Shown here piece after piece: positions 14,241 through 26,468 of a stretch of DNA of 64,000 nt. Numbering within the stretch: the first letter of the stretch is position 1; every line of letters begins with the position of its first letter. The notes beneath the pieces are model-generated. The model was not told the DNA's origin and made no database searches. It saw nothing but the letters and a program-made list of their open reading frames with translations. Origin of the DNA: Eutreptiella sp. 'Long Island Sound 2002' (Eukaryota > Protista > Euglenida); assembly GCA_964036045.1 (NCBI GenBank), contig OZ038378.1, positions 3,472,001 through 3,536,000 of the forward strand, written 5' to 3'. The translations under genes and the position numbers were made by a program.

Positions 14241-14310
14241 ATCGTCGTGGCCCAGTGGATACACCGCACCTCTTTTGTTCCGTGGAGGATGGTTCGAACC
14301 CCGGGGGGGA
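14241..14310 (+). other. Degenerate tRNA-like/Pol III promoter segment (possible SINE head)
   Basis: A-box-like TGGCCCAGTGG and B-box GGTTCGAACC at tRNA-like spacing. The cloverleaf stems do not pair well. Confidence 0.3.
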
Positions 14311-15536
14311 TAGAGATGCACCAAGCAACCCGAACCCCCTTTTTTGGGCGCGGGAGAGAGGGAAAGAGACACAGAGTTAGAGAGAGAGAGGGTAGAGCAC
14401 GGTGAGAAAGGAACAGAGAGGCGCAACAGTAGAGGATGAGCAGGGGAGAGCACGAGAGAATGGGAGGGAGAGAGTAGGAGAGAGACCCACAGAGCGAGAG
14501 ACCGGGGCTAACCGGCGCAAAAGGAGGTGGTGGGTTCGAGCTGACCAGGGTTCGGGCTGAGCAGGGTGGGTTCGAGCAAAGCGAGGTGAAAGGGACGCCA
14601 CGGAGACACGGAACGGTCAAGAAATGAAAAAGCAGGGCGCCGTAGCGCCCCTGAGCCACAGGCACAACATGTTGTCACGTGTTACACAGCCAAAGCACGA
14701 CTGGGGCGGCGAGAGTGCGGCCCATGTGAGGATGACGAAAGCAAGTAGGCATGAATGTGTGGGCGGCATGCGCATGCATCGTGGGGAGCAGACGTGGTAT
14801 GCGCCACACGCATAACAGCAATGGTTTGTTGAGTTGCCTGACAGACGGAGCGCATGCTGAAATTCTGAGACGCCTTTGCGCCAACCAAGGCGCCATTGCG
14901 CCCCTAAGGATGGAGTTTGACACGACCTCACGACCTGCAGGGCAAGGGTTAGAGACTAACCGGCACTGTGGGTGGGTGGTGGGTGCGAGCTGACCTCGAT
15001 GTCCAGAGGAACAGTGCCAATGCACAGCCAGCAGCCACCTGGTGTGGTACAGAACTGGTCTACGCTGCAGTGCAGCAAGCAAAACACTGAACAATGTGGT
15101 TATGACCATGCGCTTGTGACACGGGGGCGTATGCGAGCCCAGTTTCCGTTGCCTCATGCCCCCCCCCCCCCCCGGCAATTTGTCAGCGGAACTATCAGTA
15201 CACGCCACAACTTACCCTTGGTCCTCCATGGACTCGATGTGTGAAAGCAGTGCCGGTGGCAATGCAGCATCATCTGCTTTGTTGTGTTTTTTTGGCTTTG
15301 TAAGGGCATTGGAGCTCCCTTCAATAGGCCTAAGCCCAACAAGGGGATGGCACTTTTGCCATCATAGGCACACAATGCTTGCAGAAGCACTGAGAACGCA
15401 TACTGGTGTGAAGCAAGGGGTTGCCACTCAGTCGGAGATGGGACATGCATCACCCATCTAGACAAAAAATCAGGCAGCATAGGGTGCCTTGACAAATCGC
15501 TTCCCAGCGGACAACCCTGTGTGCCTTACTAGCTGC

Positions 15537-15875
15537 CTAGAGCAGCACGTGGTCACGATGCCCGAAATTGTGCAACAGTCTTGTGCGCCGCCACGTGTCC
15601 ATGGGTAGACCGAAGGCCTTCGACAGGCAAACATACACATGTGGAAAGAATTTGCAATACCACGGGACCTGGCAAACGCTCTCTAGCTTGCTAGGGCACA
15701 ATGGACACTTAACCGTATGCGTGATGGGTGAAATTCGTTGACGGACTTTCCGCTTAACCCATAGGGCAGTGTGGACGAAGTCCCAGAGGTCCGGACGGTC
15801 GCACACTGCCCAAAATAAAAGTTGTACCGGCAACGGCTGGCACAGGGTCACTCCTTGGGAGGGCGCTATGTGCAT
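15537..15875 (-). pseudogene. Non-LTR retrotransposon C-terminal zinc-binding (zf-RVT-like) fragment
   Basis: WDFVHTALWVKRKVRQR...KCPLCPSKLESVCQVPWYCKFF resembles the CxxC...E-S/T-x-x-H...C module that follows LINE RT. Confidence 0.6.
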
Positions 15876-17806
15876 CGGCTCGAGGGATTTGGCCTAGCCA
15901 TGGGTCCAAGCCGAGTTTTACCGCCAATTAGTGGTGACTAGTTTATTGTATTTGTCAAGGGCAGTATAATAAATTATAGGTGTAGGTGTCATGAGGGATA
16001 GGAACCCGGGATGAACAAGAAATTCATCGCCAAGGAGCTATGGAATGGACAAGTGTGTTTCCTAACTAGGCGGGGCGCCACGTAGGTCTGCCGCTATGAA
16101 TTGCGGAAAATTGCGCTATGCCACACGGCCCAGTTCGTGAGCCACGGGGCTGCGAGCTTGTCAAATGTGCATTGTCTAGCACTCGAGGAAGCCCCAAAAC
16201 ACGACACAAAAAAACACTTAGGAGGGGCCTGCCCTCGGGTCTTGGCTGGCTGCACCGGAGGGAGGGTGCTCCCGGTAATCATGAGTCCACTTTCTCTTGG
16301 CCATTTTTGAAAATCAAAAGCAGCTACAGCCACATGAAGGAAGGCATATTCACCGGACACTTGGGCCGCGAGTGGTAGGCTCGCCTATGCCGCTAACCAC
16401 GTTTATGGTACAGGTAGGGCAAAGCCCCCATCCTCTCTGCGCCACGACAGCTGATGCAGGGTGAGGCCGCAAGAGTCAAAAGGAAACAAAACATTTTCAA
16501 TGTTGTCAAGTGCACCAATGGTGCCCTTGTCAGCCACGTAGGCTCGCGCCGTGAGGAGCAGAGCCGGCAAGATCCACGTTTTTAGTAAAGTACGTTTCTC
16601 TGTGTAATTTACTTGCTAGTGACAGGCGAGCGTTGCGCGATGAAAGGCTTCAGCTAGGGGCGCCGCAAATGCCGAGGCGACCAAGGCGTGCCCAATGTGG
16701 ACACCCAAGTTTTTGACAAAGTTCTTAGTATCCAAAGACGTACACCTAATTACATCAATAGCAGAATCCGGCAGTTGCCCCTTTATGCCACACGCTGACT
16801 TTGTGGTATGCACCATGGGGTGCGTTTCGGGAAGTCCTCCCGGGAAGTCCCCCACTTCCCGGGTCCATTTTCCTAGGAACCCCCATAGTGACCCCCCGGC
16901 CAGTGGGGGGTGATTTTTAGTGCTTTAGGTGAGGGAAGGTGGGACCTTTTTTAATTCGGTCCAAACTCCCTGATATGGTGTTTTGGCGGGTGGGGGGGGG
17001 GGGGTCCCATGGGACCGGGAACTCACTTCCCGGTCCGCATGGACCTAGTAAGTCCTACTTTACGATGACTTTACATTGGCACTATCAGGTCTGAAACCCA
17101 CTTACTGGTTTGACTTCCCGGGGGGTTCCTAGTGCCATTCAACCTCCCACCATACCTGGCAAATGAAATGCAACACTTGCGGCCAACCATGGCTACTATG
17201 TCACATGCGCGTTCTTTTGGTTTTTGGAAGCTCTCGACCTTGTTTGACATCAAAGATTGCCAAACCAAGATCGAGAGCATGCATATTTACAACGTGTTTC
17301 AACCCACGTTGCTTCAACAATGGGCGTCGCACTGACCACCCTTTGAAACAATTTCGCAATTCCACCTTAAACCAAGAGTTTCGGAGCTCGGTTGGAATGC
17401 TACTCAACAAATAAATGGAGCGATAGCACTCCATGTAAAACCCGCTGTGGGCAGCTGCCCAATGTACCCACAGCGTGGGTTTCCATCTAAGGATCTCCCA
17501 AAACTGTCCGAGCCGTGCGGCAACACCCTTACCCCGCTCCACTTGGGCATCGGTTAGCCATGCGTTGTAGTGCCACAGGGTTTGTAACTACGCGTGGCCG
17601 GCCCTCTGCCGGCTTGACAACAAGCGGCGGGGCGTGATACGCGGTCAGCTCATGTCAACCACGTCTTGCCAACGATAGTGGCGGGGATACCGCATTGTCT
17701 GCCGGACCGACAGACCCACGCGCCGCGAACTACGAAGAACCTCAAGCGCATTGCCGCACTTGCCTGACAGGGTGTCCCCCGAATACCGGTTTCAGAGCGC
17801 ATCGCC

Positions 17807-18650
17807 ATGCGGCCAACGAAGGATGGTCAATTTGACATCACATCCCCGCCTTTTTTCCTAATGAACTCCATATGGCAACAACGTGTGGTAGGCCTCATCC
17901 GTGAGTTCTACCCACAAAAAATAGTTCAAGGGCATCCCTACCATGTGCACACTGTCCTACATGCCCTGATGACATGTGTTACAAAGTCTGGTTATGTCGT
18001 ACTTGGAAATGGCACCGTCCACTTCGGAGTTCGAGATGTCATCGTGTGGGGAGGTCCCAGTGGTATTGTGCCCTGATGCCACACGACTGTGGCGCACAAG
18101 TGCCACGCGGTGTGATGTCTACGTGGGGTGTTGGAAAGGGGGCCCTGCCGCGGCGGGGCAGCCACATCATCGGGCAACATGGTGGGTAATGGATGGGGGC
18201 GACGACACGCACCCTCTCCAAGCAATCGACGACACTGCCTCCCTCAATGCTCACGTCCAAGCGGTGGAGTCGGCACCAGACATCCTCGTACCGGGACATC
18301 TAGTGGCACCGTTTAGATGCCACATGACAAGGGACGGTAAAGGGATGGCCTCCATGAATCATGCCCCTGGCAAGAAGTGTTGGTGTTGTGATGATGCTTC
18401 GTCATTGCAACCCACCAGTGCGGTGGCGCCCACACCACGGTGGGGGGCATTTGTACGATGTGTGCCTCAAGATCGCCGGGTTGGTGATTACGCCCGTGCT
18501 TTGCCGCGTATATGTAATGCGGTCCGCAAACGCCTAACTGCGAATGTGTCTGAGTGGGTAGCCGCTAGGCAGGGCACGGGTTGCGTGGGACATCTCAAGG
18601 AACTTTGGGCAGAATTCACCCAAGAGGTTGCCCAGCGTGGCGCCGCGTAG
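17807..18650 (+). pseudogene. Transib/Chapaev (RAG1-core-like) DDE transposase remnant, copy B
   Basis: VVLCPDATRLW (D1), WWVMDGGDD, HMTRDGKGM...KKCWCC (D2 plus CxxC) and RVGDYARAL.RI (D-x-H region) follow the order of RAG1/Transib cores. Truncated at 18650. Confidence 0.7.
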
Positions 18651-18938
18651 TGTGAGCACACCAATGCTTGACCTCTCAATGCGGACATCCACGGTGCCTA
18701 GTACCGCCCTTGCAATGCGTTGCAAGTGCTGCAAACGCTCCCGTTGGTAAGGGGGTGTGGCCTCCGAGTACGAGCGGCGTTGGTGGTGGCGCATGGCCCG
18801 CTCAAATGCGTCCATGGCTTGCAACAAATTGAAAAACTAAAAGACAAAAGTGACACTAGTAAGTACCCGTAAACCCCACCAGTAAGTGACTTTTTGGTCA
18901 GAAATTGAACCCAGTAACTCCTTGAACGGACCTAGTAA

Positions 18939-21263
18939 GTACCCACTTTCAGATCTGAAATTTAGACCAGTAACCCACTTTCTGAATTGACTTTCTGGTC
19001 TGAAACCCAGGTCTGTAACCCCTTTCTGAATTGAGGTTCTAGTCTGAAACCCCGGTCTGTAGGCCCCTTAGAGTCATTTTCAGTTCTCATTTTCTGTGGC
19101 AATCACTTAGTGGTGCTCCTTTGCAAAACAGACACACTAGCACAGACACACATGCAAGCAACGGGCAAGTGGGTCTTGGGCTTGGGCTTGCTTGTGTGAA
19201 ATTTGTTCATTCCATGTCCCTCCTTGTAATCATAACGCCCCATCAGGCTGGGGCACACTGGCCCGGTGATGACAAAAACATATCGCAATTGCACACATGG
19301 TAGTAGACCAACGCCCCCCCCCCCCCCGCACTTGTCATGGCACACATTGAATCGCTCCATCAGGGGCACTTATAAGCCTCCGGCAAAATAGCAATTCAAA
19401 CAGGATGGGGTGCTCTAGTCCTGCGATGGCGGACATTCATATGCCCCATCAGGGGCACTTACAAGCTTCTGGCAAAAAATCAATTGAAACAGAGTAGGGC
19501 ACTGTGGCCCTGTCATGGCAGATTTTGAAACGCCCCATCAGGGGCACCTACAGGCCTCTGGCAAAATATCAATTTGAAAAGGCCGGGGCACTCTTGTCCT
19601 GCAAAGGCGGACATCCATATGCCCCATCAGCGGCACTTACAGGCCTCCAGCAAAATTGCAATACCAAAAAAATCAATTCACAGAGATTGGGTGTCACACT
19701 CGAATACATTGTGGCCACCCGCACAGGCACAGGCCCAGACAAAATACATTGACACAATACACAGCACACACACAGAGCATATCTAATAATTCCCCCAAAT
19801 CCATCAAAGTCAACTCCATTCCAAATCAAATTATGTGGCACACATTCGTGTGGACGTGGCAGACATGCAAGCATACTGTGGACAAAGGAAGGAAACATGA
19901 AAGCACCATTTGCACCAAACAAATGCAATTCAGTTGCACACATGGCAGTAGACCAACACCCCCCCCCCCCCCGCACTTGTCGTGGCAGATATTGAAACGC
20001 CGCAGCAGGGGCTCCTAGAGGCTTTTGGCAAAAAGCCAATTGAAGCAAAGTAAGGCACTCTAATCCTATCATTGCAGTTATCCAAACGCCCCATCAGGGA
20101 GTACCCACTTTCACATCTGAAATTTAGACCGATAACCCACTTTCTGAATTGACTTTCTGGTCTGAAACCCAGGTCTGTAACCCCTTTCTGAATTGAGGTT
20201 CTAGTCTGAAACCCCGGTCTGTAGGCCCCTTAGAGTCATTTTCAGTTCTCATTTTCTGTGGCAATCACTTAGTGGTGCTCCTTTGCAAAATAGACACACT
20301 AGCACAGACACACATGCAAGCAACGGGCAAGTGGGTCTTGGGCTTGGGCTTGCTTGTGTGAAATTTGTTCATTCCATGTCCCTCCTTGTAATCATAACGC
20401 CCCATCAGGCTGGGGCACACTGGCCCGTTGATGACAAAAACATATCGCAGTTGCACACATGGTAGTAGACCAACGCCCCCCCCCCCCCCCGGCACTCGTC
20501 ATGGCACACATTGAATCGCCCCATCAGGGGCACTGATAAGCCTCCGGCAAAATAGCAATTCAAACAGGCTGGGGTGCTCTAGTCCTGCGATGGCGGACAT
20601 CCATATGCCCCATCAGGGGCACTTACAAGCTTCTGGCAAAAAATCAATTGAAACAGAGTAGGGCACTGTGGCCCTGTCATGGCAGATTTTGAAACGCCCC
20701 ATCAGGGGCACCTACAGGCCTCTGGCAAAATTTCAATTTGAAAAGGCTGGGGCACTCTTGTCCTGCAAAGGCGGACATCCATATGCCCCATCAGCGGCAC
20801 TTACAGGCCTCAAGCAAAATTGCAATACCAAAAAAATCAATTCACAGAGATTGGGTGTCACACTCAAATACATTGTGGCCACCCGCACAGGCACAGGCCC
20901 AGACAAAATACATTGACACAATACACAGCACGCACACAGAGCATATCTAATAATTCCCCCAAATCCATCAAAGTCAACTCCATTCCAAATCAAATTATGT
21001 GGCAGACATTCGTGTGGACGTGGCAGACATGCAAGCATACTGTGGACAAAGGAAGGAAACATGAAAGCACCATTTGCACCAAACAAATGCAATTCAGTTG
21101 CACACATGGCAGTAGACCAACACCCCCGCCCCCCCCGCACTTGTCATGGCAGATATTGAAACGCCGCAGCAGGGGTTCCTAGAGGCTTTTGGCAAAAAAC
21201 CTATTGAAGCAAAGTAAGGCACTCTAATCCTATCATGGCAGTTATCCAAACGCCCCATCAGGG
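18939..21263. repeat. Recent head-to-tail duplication of a 1162-bp unit built from shorter subrepeats
   Basis: GTACCCACTTTCA starts at 18939 and at 20101, and the two copies are near-identical. Each contains repeated GCCCCATCAGGGGCAC(T/C)TACA motifs. Confidence 0.95.
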
Positions 21264-21289
21264 GCACTTACAAGCGTATATAGGCATCT

Positions 21290-22213
21290 GGCACAATATG
21301 ATGTCCAACAAATATTTACTTGGTGGGGCTCTCCAAACTAGGCCGGGAGGCCCTACCCACTGCTGGGGAACCCGAGGACGATGCAGTACTCCCACGCGCG
21401 GCGAAGACGTCTACAAGCTTGCGCTCGCGCTCCTCAGCGGCCGCTCAGCCAAGTGGCTCATGTCGCGCTGCACCCGCAGCCGGGTTCCCTCAGCCATCGC
21501 CGTCGCCAACTAGGTCTCCAACTCCTTGTTGCGCTGCAGCAGCAGCGCCACCACGTCGCCTTCCTTGTCCCGCGCCTCGGCCCTCGCCTACTCCAGGGCA
21601 TCCACCGCCTTCTGCTCGCGCTCCGGTGCCTGCTCGGCTTCGCAGCCTGCTGTCATCGGCCGTTTGCGTTCCTCCGCCTCCGACTCCTGCCGCACAGCCC
21701 TGCTGAGGTCCTTCACGTCAGTGACAGCACTATTGCTGCTGCTGCTGTCCATGCGCCCAGTCTTTTGGGCTTTGGGTGCCTTGGCATCTGCTTCGCTATC
21801 GCCTGCCCGCTTGGGGGCTGACTCCGTACGCCCCTAAGCGGGTTCCTCCTTGACTCGGCTGCGCCCACCCCACCAATCCATCTTGCTGGCGGGCAACATA
21901 CCCGTCCATCTTTGCCTTCGCCCAGCCAGTGACGGTCTAGGGGACCACGTCGGCGCCAATTGCGCGGATCTGCCGGATTCACGTCGCAGCCCTGTACTGG
22001 GCCCCATTGCACAGCAGCAGGTGGTCATACTTCCCCATTGTGCTCTTCGTGGCGAAGATCGCACGTGGACATGTATGCCATGGCACATCTCATAACGTTG
22101 ACGTCACCGTGCACCCCGTTTCTTTCAGGGTTCGACTGTTGTTGATGCCGTTCTTGCTCTTGAGGATTGCCATACAACTGGGCAGGTGCGGCTACCATGC
22201 CGGCCGTTGCCAC
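21290..22213 (-). pseudogene. Decayed low-complexity/coiled-coil ORF (TE-derived, unassigned)
   Basis: Minus frame reads ...AVRQESEAEERKR...EREQKAVDALE*ARAEARDKEGDVVALLLQRNKELET*LATAM... with heptad-like charge content and two TAG stops. Confidence 0.45.
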
Positions 22214-22599
22214 AGGAAGAGGAGTTCATAGCACGCCAAGGAACCCCTATGCTATGGGTGGTAGTGGCAGCACGGCAGCAAAGTTTTTGGAGTTGTGTTT
22301 TGACATAGCTACAGAGAGGTACAACTTCCATTAATTCTCTATTACTATTTGCATTGGTTATTGATTGTCATTGTATTTCATAGAAACATTTTCCAAATGT
22401 GCATGAAAACAATTTCTATTGCGCCACTGGCGCTCAACTTGTGTGTGTGGTGCTCTAAGCGAAAGCCCCCAGCAAAAGGGTTTTGCAAAGCCAAAAAGTG
22501 CATCTCAAAGCATTTTTTGATGGTCGAATGCGCTTCGCGCAACTATCATAGAGTGGGAACACTTTGCAAAGGCATCGCGAAAACCCGTAGGCGCTTTGC

Positions 22600-23100
22600 G
22601 GAACACAAACACTTTGGGCTTATCGCAAGGGTTTCGCATAGCGCTTATGCTTGTGGTACGTCGGTTACGCTTAGATGGGCGAAGAAGTTATGGAACGGAG
22701 TGTCATGCGACTTAGGGCCCACACAATCCAGAGCTCTGATGCTCCCCTTGTGGATGTGGAAGAAAATGTGCCGTTTTTCCGGACAACGCTTCACCTTCAA
22801 TACATCCCAAAAAAATTCAACGGCAATGGGTACAATGAATTTATCGGTGTTCATTTAATTTCAACCATATCCAACTTGCCCCGTTCAATCTCGCAAGATC
22901 CCTTCGTGCGCACCCATTCAACAAAGTGCTTCATACCTTCCATTGACTTGATTTGCTTGGACCGTTGCTCCACTACCTCGAATTGCCATAGTGGCGACAA
23001 GCAACGGCTGAGTTTTTGCGAATAAAAAAGGGAAAAGGTGGGTGTCATGGCGAAGAATCTCCCGCACCTTCACATCACAGCTAGCTTCCAGTTCCTTCAT
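22600..23100 (-). pseudogene. Possible Ulp1-like (C48) protease remnant
   Basis: FFPTFSLFYSQKL...HFVEWVRTK...TDKFIVPIAVEFFW...IRALDCVG...VPQ loosely matches Ulp1 spacing (FY-KL, RW-RK, IVPI..HW, YDS). Catalytic His and Cys are not clearly preserved. Confidence 0.3.
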
Positions 23101-24446
23101 TTCGTGCTTCAGTACAATATCCACCCTACATACGGGTAGCTGTCTCTTTGCTCTATATGATTTACATGACGCACCATAGGATGTGGTCCTTGGTTGTGTG
23201 CTAGCTAGCACTAGCAATGCTTGCGACGCTACCTAACGGCTCACTACGGCACGGTGGTAACAATCCAGGCTATCACGTACGTCACTACCCGCCGGGTCCT
23301 TGGCAGCAAACACCCGTTTAGGTCGCGAAGTTGGGAGCGGCTGCGTTGCTGAACGCCCAAGGGGACGCCATCCGCTAGCCTTCACACCATCGGGTGTTAT
23401 GGATTGCCCACACCACAGTGGGGCAAGCAACGGTGCCGCTGAAAAATGTGCATGCGGGTGACCTTTACAGACCTCAAAAACCTTGCCACAGATTCGGTTT
23501 CGCATAGAAGAAATCAGTTCCGTTAGGTACAATGTCGGAAAGGAGGGTAAGTCTTGGTCCCATGAGCGCAGTCCTCAACCATGCGACGACGGTGATGGCA
23601 TCCACAAGGCCGACGCCATGAGGCGGCTACAAGTAGCAACGTGGTGAAACATGTTTTGAACATGGCATGCTCTCAGCATTCAATCGGGGGGAGTGGGGAA
23701 AGGGAACGAGTGCGAGTACATTCACATTAGGTTGCAAAAAGGTATGGCAAGTGGCCTCGGCGAACCACCAGGGGAGTAGGAAAGCTCCATCGTGGCGCGA
23801 CGCAAAGTAGCTCATCACTAGATTCCTCGCGCTCTTACAAAAACAAGCGTTCCGTGTATGAGAAGGCGCGCATTCATGCATACAAACTGGGAATCTTTGT
23901 GCCTTTGTCAAACCAGGCAAGCTGCGAAGATACCCTGCCGCTTCTTGCGTGGTTGTGACATCACAGCTCCAAACAGCCCCTTTGCAAAAGTGGCATAGAA
24001 GTCGCCACAAGCATGGGACGCCGCTATTGCGAAATTGCAGGCCACATCCTTCCAATTGTTCAAGCACTATCGCTAGGAGTATCCCTCGGTCACGGAACAT
24101 TAGGTGGCCATGTATTTAACTTGTCCCAGGTCGGTGCTTCCAACGTGCGCAACAGCAACATGGCATGCATGCATGCATTGCGAAGTTGCAATGGAGCATA
24201 TCCAATTGCCATGATTTCAAGGCCCTTTCCATGTGTTAGTGCGTGCAGAAACCAAGTGTAGGGTTGCTTTTCGGCAGGCAAAGGGGCAACTGCCATTCAT
24301 GGTACATGTCCACCACTCCTCCTAGATTCGCGCGTCGATTTCGTTTACAACTTGGTGTGAGCAAGGGCATCTTGTTTGTGAGGCGCTACGGTACTTCTAA
24401 TTTATGCACTCTCGCAAACAATGCCGTTACCTCATCGTATTATACT

Positions 24447-26468
24447 CTATGATCCGTGGTACTCAGGAGGCATGCCGTCATTTGTACAACCGCCAAGAGG
24501 AGTTGCAGCATATGCGAATGTGGTGCCTACATATTTCGGTGTAACAAGCACCCCATTTAAGGCAGCACTCACCTCTCTGATTTGGTTACGGCCCATATTT
24601 TGTGGGAGTGTTACGCTCATGTGCAGCCCAACTCTTCTTGGACAGGGGGACACCCACTTTTCAAAGCTGTTTTAGAACCGTCTCTCACGACGAATCTTTC
24701 GCATTGGGGGTTGCTCATAGTTGCACCCTTTGTGGCTTGGTATCCAACCGCAAAGCATCAAAGAAATCATCAAGCAACAAAAGTGTTAGTTGATCACCCT
24801 TGGCTTTTGGACCTTCCAACGTGATTAAGGGGAAATCAAGCTGCGCAATGCTTTGGGCCGCAACCATAGAACAATGTGACAGAATTGCAACAACGTATGT
24901 CAACAGGTTGTGTTGTTGTGAGCTGCCAAATACCTGTTCCCAAAGGCAAGCCGCATGCTCCTCATGATCGTCAATTGCCTTTCGCACAGCAACATTGGAA
25001 TGGGCTCCATTATTGTGAACAATCAAGCACACTGTTACCAAAGTGTCTCCGCCTCAGCCATGCGTGGTTTATGGCTATGAACGTGGTCGTCGCAACCATC
25101 TCTGCGGAAGCAACGAGATAAAGCACTACATGTAGTCTTGCCCCCTTTTGCCACTTGCTTATTTCATGTGTTACACGCTGCATCGCATGAAATACATCAA
25201 GGCAAATGTGCGCACCCGGAAAAAAGTCTTTCAAAATTGTTCTTGGCAACAACGGTGGATATGAACATCTTCAATCTGCGCATTTGGCCTCCCTGCGATT
25301 TTATCCAAAATCCCTTGGGGAGCAGCTGCATCGGGACATAATGTCCAACAGAGAACCCTCCTCTTTGATTGTTGGGCCATAGGCCCGACCATCCATTTGG
25401 ACACAAGAATTTTGCATGGATTTCCTCCCTGCAAGGTTTTCGAGGTGCGGCATTAGCAAGTCCATCGGCTTTATGTTGCTTGAGTGTGGCAAACTGCAAG
25501 AATGGGGTGGCATCCCAACAACCTATCCCACCACCCATTTGGCGGCGATTCGTTATTAGTCTAAGGCACACCCCTTGATTTTGGGCTGCCATGGCTGTAC
25601 TTTGGCGGCCTTGAAAAGAAGGCCGTGTGTACTCATTGCGTCAATGAAGGAATGCCTAGTCGCGAATTTTCTCTTTCGCCTTATAAGAAAGCATTGTTTG
25701 AGCTTTAGAATTGTTAAAGTCATTCCATAGCAGCACATACTTACCTATTCCCCAATCTTTCATCCTCAAAAACACTGTTGAAATTGCAAACGTAGTCGTG
25801 AGTATGCACATTGATCATTGACTGAGAGCACGATATTTGTACACATGAACAAGTGTGATTCGAAAGCCTCCCCTCTCAGAAGCAACCTCGCTTACCGAGA
25901 GCCAGCATTCTCCCCTACCTCGATTGGTTACCACCGAACGCCAAAAGTACTACCAACAATCCATATGTTGGTAGACCATGCAGCATGGAAGTCCTTTGAT
26001 TGTTCATTTAATTGTTCGTAATTCAGGGTGTCTCACATTTGGACTATCTAGGGTGGTTCTGCGTGCTGGCCACGCCGGCTCTCTCTCTCTCCTAACATCA
26101 CACATGGTGCCCAAGGTCACGTTTGAGGCCGTAGGTTTTGGTCTCAACACGGGGGCCAGGCCTCCTTCCAAGTCGGATACAACAGAGAATGAGGATGCTC
26201 AAGATTTCAAGTGGCCACGTTGGGACGCTTCGTACTTTTTGCTGTATTCAGCTCCAAATGGCCGGGTATCTTGTCTACGAATCAAAAGAGTTGCAAAGGT
26301 GCATAACTCCCTCCCAAGCATCAACACTCGTGATGGCACAAGCATGCAGATGTGGAAATGACAAAAGTACAAATGACACTCTAGGACCCCTATGAACGGA
26401 CCAACGGTAAGTTGAACCCATACGCATTGCATCACCCTGTGCCAACACAGCCAAGCACCAACTTGCAA
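24447..26468 (-). pseudogene. DDE transposase remnant with DxxH motif (Mutator/ISL3-related group, family uncertain)
   Basis: Frameshifted motifs LLMPHLENLAGR...DVHIHRCCQ...ILKDFFPGAHICLDVFHAMQRVTHEISK...MGRNQIREVSAALNGVL resemble the YxDxCC / LDxFH / GTNxNExxH pattern of RNase H-fold transposases. Confidence 0.6.

Noticed and set aside
13289-14665. 458-aa minus-strand ORF
   Set aside because: It is the antisense shadow of GA-rich and plus-strand coding remnants, with low-complexity composition and no motifs.
14614-15150. APE endonuclease remnant (DHALV resembling SDH)
   Set aside because: The other APE motifs (GDFN, N-terminal N/E) are not recognisable.
18970-20170. ACTTTCTGA resembling the start of the euglenid spliced leader
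   Set aside because: The match ends after 9 nt (followed by ATTG, not GTGTCTATTTT) and lies inside a tandem repeat.
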